Virus genome (UHGV): UHGV-0019103
Reading direction: 5' to 3' (one strand)
DNA: 17,255 bases
Source of the DNA: a virus
Shown: one piece after another, positions 9,001-17,120 of the stretch
Layout of the letters: the number at the start of each line of letters is the position of its first letter
How positions within the stretch are numbered: the stretch's first letter is position 1
The notes under the pieces: generated by a model
The model's database searches: none
Seen by the model: only the letters and a program-made list of their open reading frames with translations
Told to the model about the DNA's origin: nothing
Made by a program: the position numbers and the translations under genes

Positions 9001-9056
9001 TTTTGGCACTAAAGGTGGAGCGAGATAAGTGTCTGATTGATGCTCCAACATTGTAA
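6021..9056 (+). CDS. Large SIR2-like-domain protein, candidate antiphage NADase effector (DSR-like / SIR2-STAND-like), 1011 aa
   Basis: ORF 5928..9056; preferred start ATG 6021 (MFNSYTEF...) with AAAGGG RBS 8 nt upstream. N-terminal ~290 aa carries SIR2-like (SIR2_2/ThsA/DSR-type) motifs: FLLGSAVS, ILTTNFDPLIEEAL (N135), VVHLHG (H177/H179), LYVIGYAGWDD. Mid-region has a weak P-loop-like GWGYGKAG (7089-7112) and RILILDN (7269-7289). C-terminal ~550 aa lysine/glutamate/tyrosine-rich; helical-repeat character is an inference. Sits in the P2 tin/old slot; strongly AT-rich versus flanking phage genes. Confidence 0.8.
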   Translation: MFNSYTEFVKSLVLDIRKGKDVSFLLGSAVSCSPEGNGVPGVSGMNDILRQYMIDLDIYDGFESNIIGLSETDKYQKSFEYLLKVGDQDEVKEIMALAMNNARSGDKWLITKSLDDFSRLISETSIKVKCILTTNFDPLIEEALFRVNRNCNVHNLIVDQPIGSVTSYSGESIPVVHLHGVWDGDTMHTQTQLSSLRKKIELSIKNILDTSKLYVIGYAGWDDVFLQALRNIVHEFQPSYNVRWGFYKNSIDDVSKEHSRLIEIIQPALVNARFQGYVGVDCNTYFEDALAEISKKKQLSKFVVKKTGLQPITESIVISLRPYNLSVEPAHDIIRLVEQKKATDYLNNNNHFELVSGWGYGKAGFLYSFIHDEFYDFTCYYSDVNGLTESRDIEVKIKQDIGIDIATFISNNGLGKRILILDNIARLPPSTKAFFSEIAKLSSDLSSGVKVIFVSATCNGICSGIVELQPLSLDDIKEYIKVGTDITEIKREKLDRLYEITNGIPLKLDKVKEYYELMSFDEVLDAGNIVVSAEGTNTDIPHYISKQINEIRSDNRKLYSLLCIFSMLEYGEKLTNIRSYYSSYDFHFDDFAKLERYGLIYTITKDNYKILRISPVVSDFVKQGMDPNQRYELVKKSLGLCIGSDWMSGKVRVSPTVKMMLESTEFYPGNVHSAISSYFSLIDINNYDREVKSLIHVSIGYCIFLKSACYYKELVAFSRMLYSNISHLDILDKFRAAYFLATSLRMIDEVEQSVEFIEPLSDEFEAKEFCQKEYYFKMLDNIMMACSEYNDEKARKYAIKLKKIAPKSSSYYINAEVHLADELSHGKRVNKLISLEKKSRAAGYNTLANNISIKLHYLFSGSSFKYIDNAIKNEGGVYTKARALLVKYEELVRCGEFEKIDAEGVRELKAVYDYLFLQRLDELFNRCTDVLWQLMKAYRDVNGLYYLFKRGSVIWRVTSSYDKELEYAKELNEQQFDISGGGDDMKYLSIRLSFLALKVERDKCLIDAPTL

Positions 9057-9184
9057 AGAAAATAGCATGATAGTGCCCTAATTTGCATGCTTACGCCAAA
9101 TCCATATCGAAACGTCAATGTCAATACTGGCGCGGATTCGGCTAGTTCATGCAACTGCATGAAAACCACCTCATGAAGCGGGCA

Positions 9185-9203
9185 GGCGAGGCGGGGAAAG
9201 CAC
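9185..9203. other. cos site (19-nt cohesive end sequence GGCGAGGCGGGGAAAGCAC)
   Basis: Matches the P2 19-nt cohesive-end sequence as I recall it; lies ~170 bp beyond the 3' end of Q, as in P2. Memory-based assignment. Confidence 0.55.
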
Positions 9204-9345
9204 TGCGCGCTGGCGGTGGTGCTGATTTTATTTTTTCAGCGTCTGAGCGCGTCGTGGCGGCGTTTAGATTTTGCGCCGGGGCGTTGCTGTGTCTGCGGGC
9301 TGTTTTGTGCGGTGGTGAGCGTGTGAGGGCGTGATGACTGGGTGT

Positions 9346-9367
9346 AAAAAAGCCGCCCGCAGGCGGC
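9346..9367 (-). terminator. Rho-independent terminator downstream of Q (leftward late operon)
   Basis: Perfect 6-bp GC stem GCCGCC (9352-9357) / GGCGGC (9362-9367) with 4-nt loop; followed on the minus-strand RNA by a run of 6 U (plus-strand AAAAAA at 9346-9351), 5 nt after the Q stop codon. Confidence 0.65.
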
Positions 9368-9372
9368 GATGT

Positions 9373-10407
9373 TCAGCCGTTGTCAGTGTCCAGTGAGTAG
9401 TTTTTAAAGCGGATGACCTCCTGACCGAGCCAGCCGTTTATCTCGCGGATCCTGTCCTGTAACGGGATAAGCTCATTGCGGACAAAGACCTTTGCCACTT
9501 TCTCAATATCACCCAGCGACCCGACGTTCTCCGGCTTGCCGCCCATCAACTGAAAGGGGATGCGGTGCGCGTCCAGCAGGTCAGCGGCGCTGGCTTTTTT
9601 GATATTAAAAAAATCGTCCTTCGTTGCCACTTCACTGAGCGGGATAATTTTAATGCCGTCGGCTTTTCCCTGCGGGGCATAGAGAAACAGATTTTTAAAG
9701 TTGTTGCGGCCTTTCGACTTGACCATGTTTTCGCGAAGCATTTCGATATCGTTGCGATCCTGCACGGCATCAGTGACGTACATGATGTATCCGGCATGTG
9801 CGCCGTTTTCGTAATACTTGCGGCGGAACAGCGTGGCTGACTCATTCAGCCAGGCAGAGTTAAGGGCGCTGAGATATTCCGGCATGCCGTACAGCTCCTG
9901 ATTAATATCCGGCTCCAGCAGATGAAACACGGAGCCGGGCGCGAAAGGTGTCGGCTCGTTGAAGGACGGCACCCACCAGTAAACATCCTCCTCCACGCCA
10001 CGGCGGGTATATTTTGCCGGTGAGGTTTCCAGTCTGATGACCTTACCGGTGGTGCTGTAACGCTTTTCCAGAAACGCATTACCGAACACCAGAAAATCCA
10101 GCACAAAACGGCTGAAATCCTGCTGGGAAAGCCACGGGTGCGGGATAAACGTTGAAGCCAGAATATTACGTTTGACGTAAATCGGTGAGCTGTGATGCAC
10201 GGCAGCACGCAGGCTTTTTGCCAGACCGGTAAAGCTGACCGGCGGCTCATACCATCTGCCGTTACTGATACATTCGACGTAATCCAGAATGTCACGGCGG
10301 TCGAGCACCGGCACCGGCTCACCAAAGGTGAATGCCTCCATTTTCGGGGCGCTGGCGGTCATTTTTTTTGCCGCAGGTTGCGGTGTTTTCCCTTTTTTCT
10401 TGCTCAT
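9373..10407 (-). CDS. Q: Portal protein Q, 344 aa
   Basis: 344 aa as recalled for P2 Q; first gene after cos, leftward; start overlaps the P stop (TGATG on the minus strand). Confidence 0.92.
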   Translation of the reverse strand: MSKKKGKTPQPAAKKMTASAPKMEAFTFGEPVPVLDRRDILDYVECISNGRWYEPPVSFTGLAKSLRAAVHHSSPIYVKRNILASTFIPHPWLSQQDFSRFVLDFLVFGNAFLEKRYSTTGKVIRLETSPAKYTRRGVEEDVYWWVPSFNEPTPFAPGSVFHLLEPDINQELYGMPEYLSALNSAWLNESATLFRRKYYENGAHAGYIMYVTDAVQDRNDIEMLRENMVKSKGRNNFKNLFLYAPQGKADGIKIIPLSEVATKDDFFNIKKASAADLLDAHRIPFQLMGGKPENVGSLGDIEKVAKVFVRNELIPLQDRIREINGWLGQEVIRFKNYSLDTDNG

Positions 10408-12179
10408 CAGTAAAACTCCAGAATGGTGGATGTCAGCGGGGTGCTGATACCGGCGGTGAGTGGCTCATTTAACAGGGCGTGCATGGTCGCCCAGGCGAGG
10501 TCGGCGTGGCTGGCTTCCTCGCTGCGGCTGGCCTCATAGGTGGCACTGCGTCCGCTGCTGGTCATGGTCTTGCGGATAGCCATAAACGAGCTGGTGATGT
10601 CGGTGGCGCTGACGTCGTATTCCAGACAGCCACGGCGGATAACGTCTTTTGCCTTGAGCACCATTGCGGTTTTCATTTCCGGCGTGTAGCGGATGTCGCG
10701 CGCGGCGGGATAGAACGAGCGCACGAGCTGGAACACGCCGACACCGAGGCCGGTGGCATCAATACCGATGTATTCGACGTTGTATTTTTCGGTGAGTTTG
10801 CGGATGGATTCAGCCTGAGTGGCAAAGTCCATGCCTTTCCACTGGTGACGCTCAAGTATTCTGAATTTGCCACCGGCCACCACCGGCGGTGCCAGCACCA
10901 CGCATCCGGCACTGTCGCCACGGTGTGACGGGTCGTAACCAATCCATACCGGGCGGGAGCCGAACGGATTCGCGGCAAACGGCGCATAGTCTTCCCATTC
11001 TTCCAGCGTGTCGACCATGCAGCGTTGCAGCTCCTCGAACGGGAACACCGATGCCTTGTCGTCAACAAATTCACACATGAACAGGTTTTTAAAATCGTCG
11101 GCGCTGTTTTCGCGTTTGAGCTGCTCAATGTCGAACAATGTGCAGCCGCCTTTCAGGGCGTCCTCAATGGTGACAATCTGCCGCCACTGGCCGTCCGCAC
11201 AGAGAAGACCACCGGCAAGGGCGTTATGACTGACGTCGATTTCCACGCGTTCGGCGGCGCTGGCGCGTCCCCGGTTGAACAGTTCACCCGACCAGAACGG
11301 GTAGGCGTCGTGCGCCAGCGTGGACGGGGTGGAGAAATAGGTCGAGCGCAGGTGACTCTGTGAGGCCATACCTGATGCCACCTTACGCAGTACCTGAAAA
11401 TTCGGGATCCAGAAAATCTCGTCGACGTACAGGTCGCCGTTATGGCTCTGCGCGGTGTTGGAGTTGGTGCCGAGAAAAATCAGTTTTGCGCCGTTATTGC
11501 CCAGGACAATCGGGTCACCAGTCAGGTCAACGTCAACCAGCCGGGCAAAGGCGATGATGTATTCGCGGAACACATACGCCTGCGTTTTACTGGCCGACAG
11601 AAAAATCTGGTTATGGCCGGTTTTCAGGGCGCGCAGCAGCGCCTCACGGGAAAAATAAAACGTCGCGCCAATCTGACGGGATTTCAGGATATCGCGGATG
11701 CGGTGCTCAAGCCCGGCGCGATACCAGTGCAACTGATAGTCGAAAGACTGCTCAAAGAAAATCTGCTCCAGCTTTTCGATGGCCTCGTCACTGAAAAAAT
11801 TCTTTTTCGGTTTGCGCCGCCCGCCTTTGTTGCGGTTAGCGACGTTCGGATTAAGGTCTGCCTCGTTGCCGGTCTGGCTGTAGCGATTTACCCGTGCCAG
11901 TCGTTCAATCTGGCGTCCCAGCAGGTCAATTTCCTTGAAGTCACCGCCGGTTTTCTGCGGTTTGATGATGAGCTGGGTCAGCCGCGCTTCCAGGCTCATT
12001 TCGACACGGCTGATGGGGGCAACGTTGTCCCAGCCGTCGCGCTGTTTCCAGCTCTGCACCGTCGGGCGTTTCATCTGCAACATGGCGGCAATCTGCGGCA
12101 CGGAAAACCCCTGCCAGTACAGCAGCGCCGCCTGACGACGCGGGTCGTGTAAAAGAGTGGTGTCTGTGGTGATGGTCAT
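10407..12179 (-). CDS. P: Terminase large subunit (ATPase) P, 590 aa
   Basis: ORF 10407..12209; preferred ATG at 12179 (MTITTDTTLL...) with GAGG RBS 8 nt upstream, giving 590 aa as recalled for P2 P. Large basic/aromatic-rich protein immediately upstream of portal. Confidence 0.9.
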   Translation of the reverse strand: MTITTDTTLLHDPRRQAALLYWQGFSVPQIAAMLQMKRPTVQSWKQRDGWDNVAPISRVEMSLEARLTQLIIKPQKTGGDFKEIDLLGRQIERLARVNRYSQTGNEADLNPNVANRNKGGRRKPKKNFFSDEAIEKLEQIFFEQSFDYQLHWYRAGLEHRIRDILKSRQIGATFYFSREALLRALKTGHNQIFLSASKTQAYVFREYIIAFARLVDVDLTGDPIVLGNNGAKLIFLGTNSNTAQSHNGDLYVDEIFWIPNFQVLRKVASGMASQSHLRSTYFSTPSTLAHDAYPFWSGELFNRGRASAAERVEIDVSHNALAGGLLCADGQWRQIVTIEDALKGGCTLFDIEQLKRENSADDFKNLFMCEFVDDKASVFPFEELQRCMVDTLEEWEDYAPFAANPFGSRPVWIGYDPSHRGDSAGCVVLAPPVVAGGKFRILERHQWKGMDFATQAESIRKLTEKYNVEYIGIDATGLGVGVFQLVRSFYPAARDIRYTPEMKTAMVLKAKDVIRRGCLEYDVSATDITSSFMAIRKTMTSSGRSATYEASRSEEASHADLAWATMHALLNEPLTAGISTPLTSTILEFY

Positions 12180-12352
12180 GAATACCTCGCCGTGATGAAT
12201 ACACGGCAAGGCTACTGAGTCGCGTCCCGCGATTCGCTAAGGTGCTGTTGTGTCAGTGATAAGCCATCCGGGACTGATGGCGGAGGATGCGCATCGTCGG
12301 GAAACTGATGCCGACATGTGACTCCTCTAATCACTATTCAGGACTCCTGACA
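12180..12352. promoter_or_regulatory. Divergent late-promoter region between P (-) and O (+), presumed activator-dependent
   Basis: 173-bp intergenic region between the divergently transcribed P and O operons, where P2 carries Ogr-dependent late promoters. I could not find a clean TGT-N12-ACA element by eye, so this is positional inference. Confidence 0.4.
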
Positions 12353-13207
12353 ATGGCAAAAAAAGTCTCAAAATTCTTTCGTATCGGCGTTGAGGGTGAC
12401 ACCTGTGACGGGCGTGTCATCAGTGCGCAGGATATTCAGGAAATGGCCGAAACCTTTGACCCGCGTGTCTATGGTTGCCGCATTAACCTGGAACATCTGC
12501 GCGGCATCCTGCCTGACGGTATTTTTAAACGTTATGGCGATGTGGCCGAACTGAAGGCCGAAAAGATTGACGATGATTCGGCGCTGAAAGGCAAATGGGC
12601 GCTGTTTGCGAAAATCACCCCGACCGATGACCTTATCGCGATGAACAAGGCCGCGCAGAAGGTCTACACCTCAATGGAAATTCAGCCGAACTTTGCCAAC
12701 ACCGGCAAATGTTATCTGGTGGGGCTGGCCGTCACCGATGACCCGGCAAGCCTCGGCACGGAATACCTGGAATTCTGCCGCACGGCAAAACACAACCCCC
12801 TGAACCGCTTCAAATTAAGCCCTGAAAACCTGATTTCAGTGGCAACGCCTGTTGAGCTGGAATTTGAAGACCTGCCTGAAACCGTGTTCACCGCCCTGAC
12901 CGAAAAGGTGAAATCCATTTTTGGCCGCAAACAGGCCAGCGATGACGCCCGTCTGAATGACGTGCATGAAGCGGTGACCGCTGTCGCTGAACATGTGCAG
13001 GAAAAACTGAGCGCCACTGAGCAGCGCCTCGCTGAGATGGAAACTGCCTTTTCCGCTCTTAAGCAGGAGGTGACTGACAGGGCGGATGAAACCAGCCAGG
13101 CATTCACCCGCCTGAAAAACAGTCTTGACCACACCGAAAGTCTGACCCAGCAGCGCCGCAGCAAGGCCACCGGTGGTGGCGGTGACGCCCTGATGACGAA
13201 CTGCTGA
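12353..13207 (+). CDS. O: Capsid scaffolding protein O, 284 aa
   Basis: ORF 12287..13207; preferred ATG 12353 (MAKKVSKFF...) with AGGA RBS, giving 284 aa as recalled for P2 O; coiled-coil-like, acidic C-terminal half. Confidence 0.88.
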   Translation: MAKKVSKFFRIGVEGDTCDGRVISAQDIQEMAETFDPRVYGCRINLEHLRGILPDGIFKRYGDVAELKAEKIDDDSALKGKWALFAKITPTDDLIAMNKAAQKVYTSMEIQPNFANTGKCYLVGLAVTDDPASLGTEYLEFCRTAKHNPLNRFKLSPENLISVATPVELEFEDLPETVFTALTEKVKSIFGRKQASDDARLNDVHEAVTAVAEHVQEKLSATEQRLAEMETAFSALKQEVTDRADETSQAFTRLKNSLDHTESLTQQRRSKATGGGGDALMTNC

Positions 13208-13265
13208 CCGGCGTCAGTCAGTCCGGGAAAACCTTCACGATTAACCCTTAATTTCAGGAAAAACT

Positions 13266-14339
13266 ATGCGCCAGGAAACCCGCTTTAAATTTAATGCCTA
13301 CCTGTCCCGTGTTGCCGAACTGAACGGCATCGACGCCGGTGATGTGTCGAAAAAATTCACCGTTGAACCGTCGGTCACCCAGACCCTGATGAACACCATG
13401 CAGGAGTCCTCTGATTTTCTGACCCGCATCAACATTGTGCCGGTCAGCGAAATGAAAGGGGAAAAAATTGGCATCGGTGTCACCGGCTCCATCGCCAGCA
13501 CCACCGACACCGCCGGTGGCACCGAACGTCAGCCGAAGGACTTCTCGAAGCTGGCGTCAAACAAGTACGAATGCGACCAGATTAACTTCGATTTTTATAT
13601 CCGCTACAAAACGCTGGACCTGTGGGCGCGTTATCAGGATTTCCAGCTCCGTATCCGTAACGCCATTATCAAGCGTCAGTCCCTTGATTTCATCATGGCC
13701 GGTTTTAACGGCGTGAAGCGTGCCGAAACCTCTGACCGCAGCAGTAACCAGATGCTGCAGGATGTGGCGGTCGGCTGGCTGCAGAAATACCGCAATGAAG
13801 CCCCGGCGCGCGTGATGAGCAAGGTTACTGACGAGGAAGGTCACACGACCTCTGAGGTCATCCGCGTGGGTAAGGGCGGTGATTATGCCAGCCTCGATGC
13901 ACTGGTGATGGATGCGACCAACAACCTGATTGAGCCGTGGTATCAGGAAGACCCTGACCTTGTGGTGATTGTGGGGCGTCAGCTACTGGCGGACAAGTAT
14001 TTCCCCATCGTCAACAAGGAGCAGGACAACAGCGAGATGCTGGCCGCTGACGTCATCATCAGCCAGAAACGCATCGGTAACCTGCCGGCGGTACGCGTCC
14101 CGTACTTCCCGGCGGATGCGATGCTCATCACGAAGCTGGAAAACCTGTCCATCTACTACATGGATGACAGCCATCGCCGCGTGATTGTGGAAAACCCGAA
14201 ACTCGACCGCGTGGAGAACTACGAGTCAATGAACATTGATTACGTGGTGGAAGACTACGCCGCCGGTTGTCTGGTGGAAAAAATTAAGGTCGGTGACTTC
14301 TCCACACCGACTAAAGTGACCGCAGAGCCGGGAGCGTAA
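13266..14339 (+). CDS. N: Major capsid protein N, 357 aa
   Basis: 357 aa as recalled for P2 N; follows the scaffold gene. Confidence 0.92.
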   Translation: MRQETRFKFNAYLSRVAELNGIDAGDVSKKFTVEPSVTQTLMNTMQESSDFLTRINIVPVSEMKGEKIGIGVTGSIASTTDTAGGTERQPKDFSKLASNKYECDQINFDFYIRYKTLDLWARYQDFQLRIRNAIIKRQSLDFIMAGFNGVKRAETSDRSSNQMLQDVAVGWLQKYRNEAPARVMSKVTDEEGHTTSEVIRVGKGGDYASLDALVMDATNNLIEPWYQEDPDLVVIVGRQLLADKYFPIVNKEQDNSEMLAADVIISQKRIGNLPAVRVPYFPADAMLITKLENLSIYYMDDSHRRVIVENPKLDRVENYESMNIDYVVEDYAAGCLVEKIKVGDFSTPTKVTAEPGA

Positions 14340-14342
14340 CCG

Positions 14343-15086
14343 ATGACGAGTCCCGCACAGCGCCACATGATGCGGGTCTCGGCAGCGATGACCGCGCAGC
14401 GGGACGCCGCCCCGCTGCGACATGCAACTGTCTATGAGCAGATGCTGGTCAAGCTGGCCGCAGACCAGCGCACACTGAAAGCGATTTATTCAAAAGAGCT
14501 GAAGGCCGCGAAAAAACGCGAACTGCTGCCGTTCTGGTTGCCGTGGGTGAACGGCGTGCTGGAGCAGGGCAAAGGTGCACAGGATGACATTCTGATGACG
14601 GTCATGCTGTGGCGTCTGGATACCGGCGATATTGCCGGTGCGCTGGAGATTGCCCGTTATGCCCTGAAGTACGGTCTGACCATGCCGGGTAAACACCGCC
14701 GCACCCCGCCGTACATGTTCACCGAGGAGGTGGCGCTCGCGGCCATGCGCGCCCACGCTGCCGGTGAGTCTGTGGATACCCGCCTGCTGACGGAGACCCT
14801 TGCACTGACCGCCACGGCAGACATGCCTGATGAAGTGCGCGCAAAGCTGCACAAAATCACCGGTCTGTTTCTGCGTGACGCTGGTGATGCCGCCGGTGCG
14901 CTGGCGCACCTGCAACGTGCGACACAGCTCGACTGTCAGGCAGGCGTCAAAAAAGAGATTGAACGACTGGAGCGGGAGCTGAAACCGAAGCCGGAGCCGC
15001 AGCCCAAAGCGGCCACCCGCGCCCCGCGTAAGACCCGGAGCGTGACACCGGCAAAACGTGGACGCCCGAAAAAGAAAGCCAGTTAA
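14343..15086 (+). CDS. M: Terminase small subunit (endonuclease) M, 247 aa
   Basis: 247 aa as recalled for P2 M; basic K/R/P-rich C-terminal tail (RAPRKTRSVTPAKRGRPKKKAS) suggesting DNA binding. Confidence 0.88.
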   Translation: MTSPAQRHMMRVSAAMTAQRDAAPLRHATVYEQMLVKLAADQRTLKAIYSKELKAAKKRELLPFWLPWVNGVLEQGKGAQDDILMTVMLWRLDTGDIAGALEIARYALKYGLTMPGKHRRTPPYMFTEEVALAAMRAHAAGESVDTRLLTETLALTATADMPDEVRAKLHKITGLFLRDAGDAAGALAHLQRATQLDCQAGVKKEIERLERELKPKPEPQPKAATRAPRKTRSVTPAKRGRPKKKAS

Positions 15087-15185
15087 CAACCGAATGCGCC
15101 CCGCGCCAGGGCGGCACGCCGGTCAGTGAGGGTGAATCACCTGACACTGCACCGGCGTCCACCGCCCGACTTTTCAGAGGTAGTC

Positions 15186-15695
15186 ATGATGACGCTGATT
15201 ATTCCGCGAAAGGAGGCTCCCGTGTCCGGTGAGGGTACGGTGGTCATCCCGCAACCGGCAGGCGACGAGCCGGTGATTAAAAACACGTTCTTTTTTCCCG
15301 ATATCGACCCGAAGCGCGTCCGGGAACGTATGCGCCTTGAGCAGACTGTCGCCCCCGCCCGTCTGCGTGAGGCCATCAAGTCAGGCATGGCGGAGACGAA
15401 TGCGGAGCTGTACGAGTACCGCGAACAGAAAATTGCTGCCGGTTTTTCGCGTCTGGCTGACGTCCCGGCGGACGACATCGACGGTGAAAGCATCAAAGTT
15501 TTTTACTACGAGCGCGCCGTGTGTGCGATGGCGACCGCGTCGCTTTATGAGCGTTATCGCGGCGTGGATGCCAGTGCGAAAGGCGACAAGAAGGCCGACA
15601 GCATTGACAGCACCATTGATGAACTGTGGCGGGATATGCGCTGGGCAGTGGCGCGCATCCAGGACAAGCCGCGCTGCATCGTGAGTCAAATCTGA
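15186..15695 (+). CDS. L: Head completion/stabilisation protein L, 169 aa
   Basis: ORF 15126..15695; preferred ATG 15186 (MMTLIIPRKE...) with AGAGG RBS, giving 169 aa as recalled for P2 L. Confidence 0.82.
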   Translation: MMTLIIPRKEAPVSGEGTVVIPQPAGDEPVIKNTFFFPDIDPKRVRERMRLEQTVAPARLREAIKSGMAETNAELYEYREQKIAAGFSRLADVPADDIDGESIKVFYYERAVCAMATASLYERYRGVDASAKGDKKADSIDSTIDELWRDMRWAVARIQDKPRCIVSQI

Positions 15696-15898
15696 TGAAG
15701 ACCTTTGCGCTACAGGGCGACACGCTCGACGCCATTTGTGTCCGGTATTACGGGCGCACTGAGGGCGTGGTTGAGACCGTGCTCGCCGCAAATCCGGGAC
15801 TGGCTGAACTGGGTGCGGTGCTGCCACACGGCACCGCCGTCGAACTGCCCGACGTTCAGACCGCGCCCGTGGCTGAAACTGTCAATCTGTGGGAGTAA
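15695..15898 (+). CDS. X: Tail protein X (LysM-like small protein), 67 aa
   Basis: ATG 15695 overlapping the L stop (TGATG); 67 aa as recalled for P2 X; sequence MKTFALQGDTLDAICVRYYGRTEGVVETVLAANPGLAEL... resembles a LysM-like fold. Confidence 0.8.
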   Translation: MKTFALQGDTLDAICVRYYGRTEGVVETVLAANPGLAELGAVLPHGTAVELPDVQTAPVAETVNLWE

Positions 15899-15901
15899 CG
15901 C

Positions 15902-16183
15902 ATGACAGCAGAAGAAAAAAGCGTCCTGTCGCTTTTCATGATTGGGGTGCTGATTGTTGTCGGCAAGGTGCTTGCCGGTGGTGAACCCATCACCCCGCGT
16001 CTGTTTATCGGGCGCATGTTGCTCGGTGGTTTTGTCTCGATGGTTGCCGGTGTTGTTCTGGTGCAGTTTCCTGACCTGTCACTGCCTGCGGTGTGCGGTA
16101 TCGGCTCCATGCTGGGTATCGCCGGTTATCAGGTGATTGAGATTGCCATTCAGCGCCGTTTTAAGGGCAGGGGGAAACAGTAA
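15902..16183 (+). CDS. Y: Holin Y, 93 aa
   Basis: 93 aa with hydrophobic segments (LSLFMIGVLIVVGKVLAGG ... LLGGFVSMVAGVVLVQF ... AVCGIGSMLGIAGYQVI) and a charged C-terminus; immediately upstream of the endolysin. Confidence 0.85.
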   Translation: MTAEEKSVLSLFMIGVLIVVGKVLAGGEPITPRLFIGRMLLGGFVSMVAGVVLVQFPDLSLPAVCGIGSMLGIAGYQVIEIAIQRRFKGRGKQ

Positions 16184-16680
16184 TGCCGGTAATTAACACG
16201 CATCAGAATATCGCGGCCTTTCTCGACATGCTGGCAGTGTCCGAAGGGACGGCGAATCATCCGCTGACGAAAAACCGGGGCTATGACGTGATAGTCACCG
16301 GACTGGACGGGAAGCCGGAAATTTTCACCGACTACAGTGACCACCCGTTCGCACATGGCCGACCGGCGAAGGTGTTTAACCGTCGCGGTGAAAAATCCAC
16401 GGCCTCCGGTCGCTATCAGCAACTTTACCTGTTCTGGCCGCATTACCGCAAACAGCTTGCCCTGCCGGATTTCAGTCCGTTGTCACAGGACAGACTTGCC
16501 ATTCAGTTGATCCGCGAACGCGGTGCACTGGATGACATCCGGGCGGGACGCATTGAGCGCGCCATTTCACGCTGTCGCAATATCTGGGCGTCCCTGCCGG
16601 GTGCCGGTTACGGTCAGCGTGAGCATTCACTGGAAAAACTGGTCACCGTCTGGCGTACCGCTGGCGGCGTACCGGCTTAA
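16183..16680 (+). CDS. K: Endolysin K (phage lysozyme-type muramidase), 165 aa
   Basis: 165 aa as recalled for P2 K; N-terminal segment FLDMLAVSEGT with Glu resembles the catalytic region of phage lysozymes; start overlaps the Y stop (TAATG). Confidence 0.88.
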   Translation: MPVINTHQNIAAFLDMLAVSEGTANHPLTKNRGYDVIVTGLDGKPEIFTDYSDHPFAHGRPAKVFNRRGEKSTASGRYQQLYLFWPHYRKQLALPDFSPLSQDRLAIQLIRERGALDDIRAGRIERAISRCRNIWASLPGAGYGQREHSLEKLVTVWRTAGGVPA

Positions 16681-16694
16681 ACGGAGTAAACACC

Positions 16695-17120
16695 ATGAAG
16701 AAATTATCCCTTTCACTGATGCTGAACGTGTCGCTGGCGCTGATGCTGGCACTGTCCCTGATTTATCCGCAGAGCGTGGCCGTCAGTTTTGTCGCTGCCT
16801 GGGCGATTCTGGCGACGGTTATCTGTGTGGTTGCCGGTGGTGTCGGCGTGTATGCCACGGAGTATGTACTGGAACGCTACGGGCGGGAGCTGCCGCCGGA
16901 ATCGCTGGCCGTGAAGATTGTCACGTCGCTGTTTTTGCAGCCGGTGACGTGGTGCAGACGGGCGGTGGGTCTGGTGGTGATGGTGGCGACGTTTATCTCG
17001 CTGGTCGCTGCCGGGTGGATTTTTACCGCGCTGATTTATCTTGTGGCGTCGCTGTTTTTCCGGCTGATACGTAAAGCCTGTCGTCAGCGTCTTGAAGGGC
17101 GGGAATTATGTCAAAGCTGA
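16695..17120 (+). CDS. lysA: LysA (membrane protein, lysis timing/antiholin-like), 141 aa
   Basis: 141 aa as recalled for P2 LysA; several hydrophobic predicted TM segments; GGAG-type RBS upstream of ATG 16695. Confidence 0.78.
   Translation: MKKLSLSLMLNVSLALMLALSLIYPQSVAVSFVAAWAILATVICVVAGGVGVYATEYVLERYGRELPPESLAVKIVTSLFLQPVTWCRRAVGLVVMVATFISLVAAGWIFTALIYLVASLFFRLIRKACRQRLEGRELCQS

Noticed and set aside
8900-9169. 89-aa minus-strand ORF overlapping the 3' end of the SIR2-like gene and the trailer
   Set aside because: Overlaps the well-supported coding region in antisense and runs into the cos-proximal region; no RBS or recognisable motifs.
9149-9334. 61-aa plus-strand ORF spanning the cos site
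   Set aside because: Spans the cohesive-end sequence, has Gly/Ala/Arg-rich low-complexity composition typical of GC-rich noncoding DNA, and P2 has no gene here as far as I recall.
9546-12204. Numerous 60-240-aa ORFs on both strands overlapping Q and P (e.g. 9546..9845, 9846..10325, 10479..10928, 11442..12152)
   Set aside because: All lie within or antisense to the long Q and P reading frames; GC-rich DNA generates long spurious ORFs; none has independent support.
12712-15827. Antisense and alternative-frame ORFs within O, N, M and L (e.g. 12712..13170, 13557..13844, 14490..15089, 15381..15827)
   Set aside because: Overlap well-supported structural genes whose lengths match the P2 map; no start signals.
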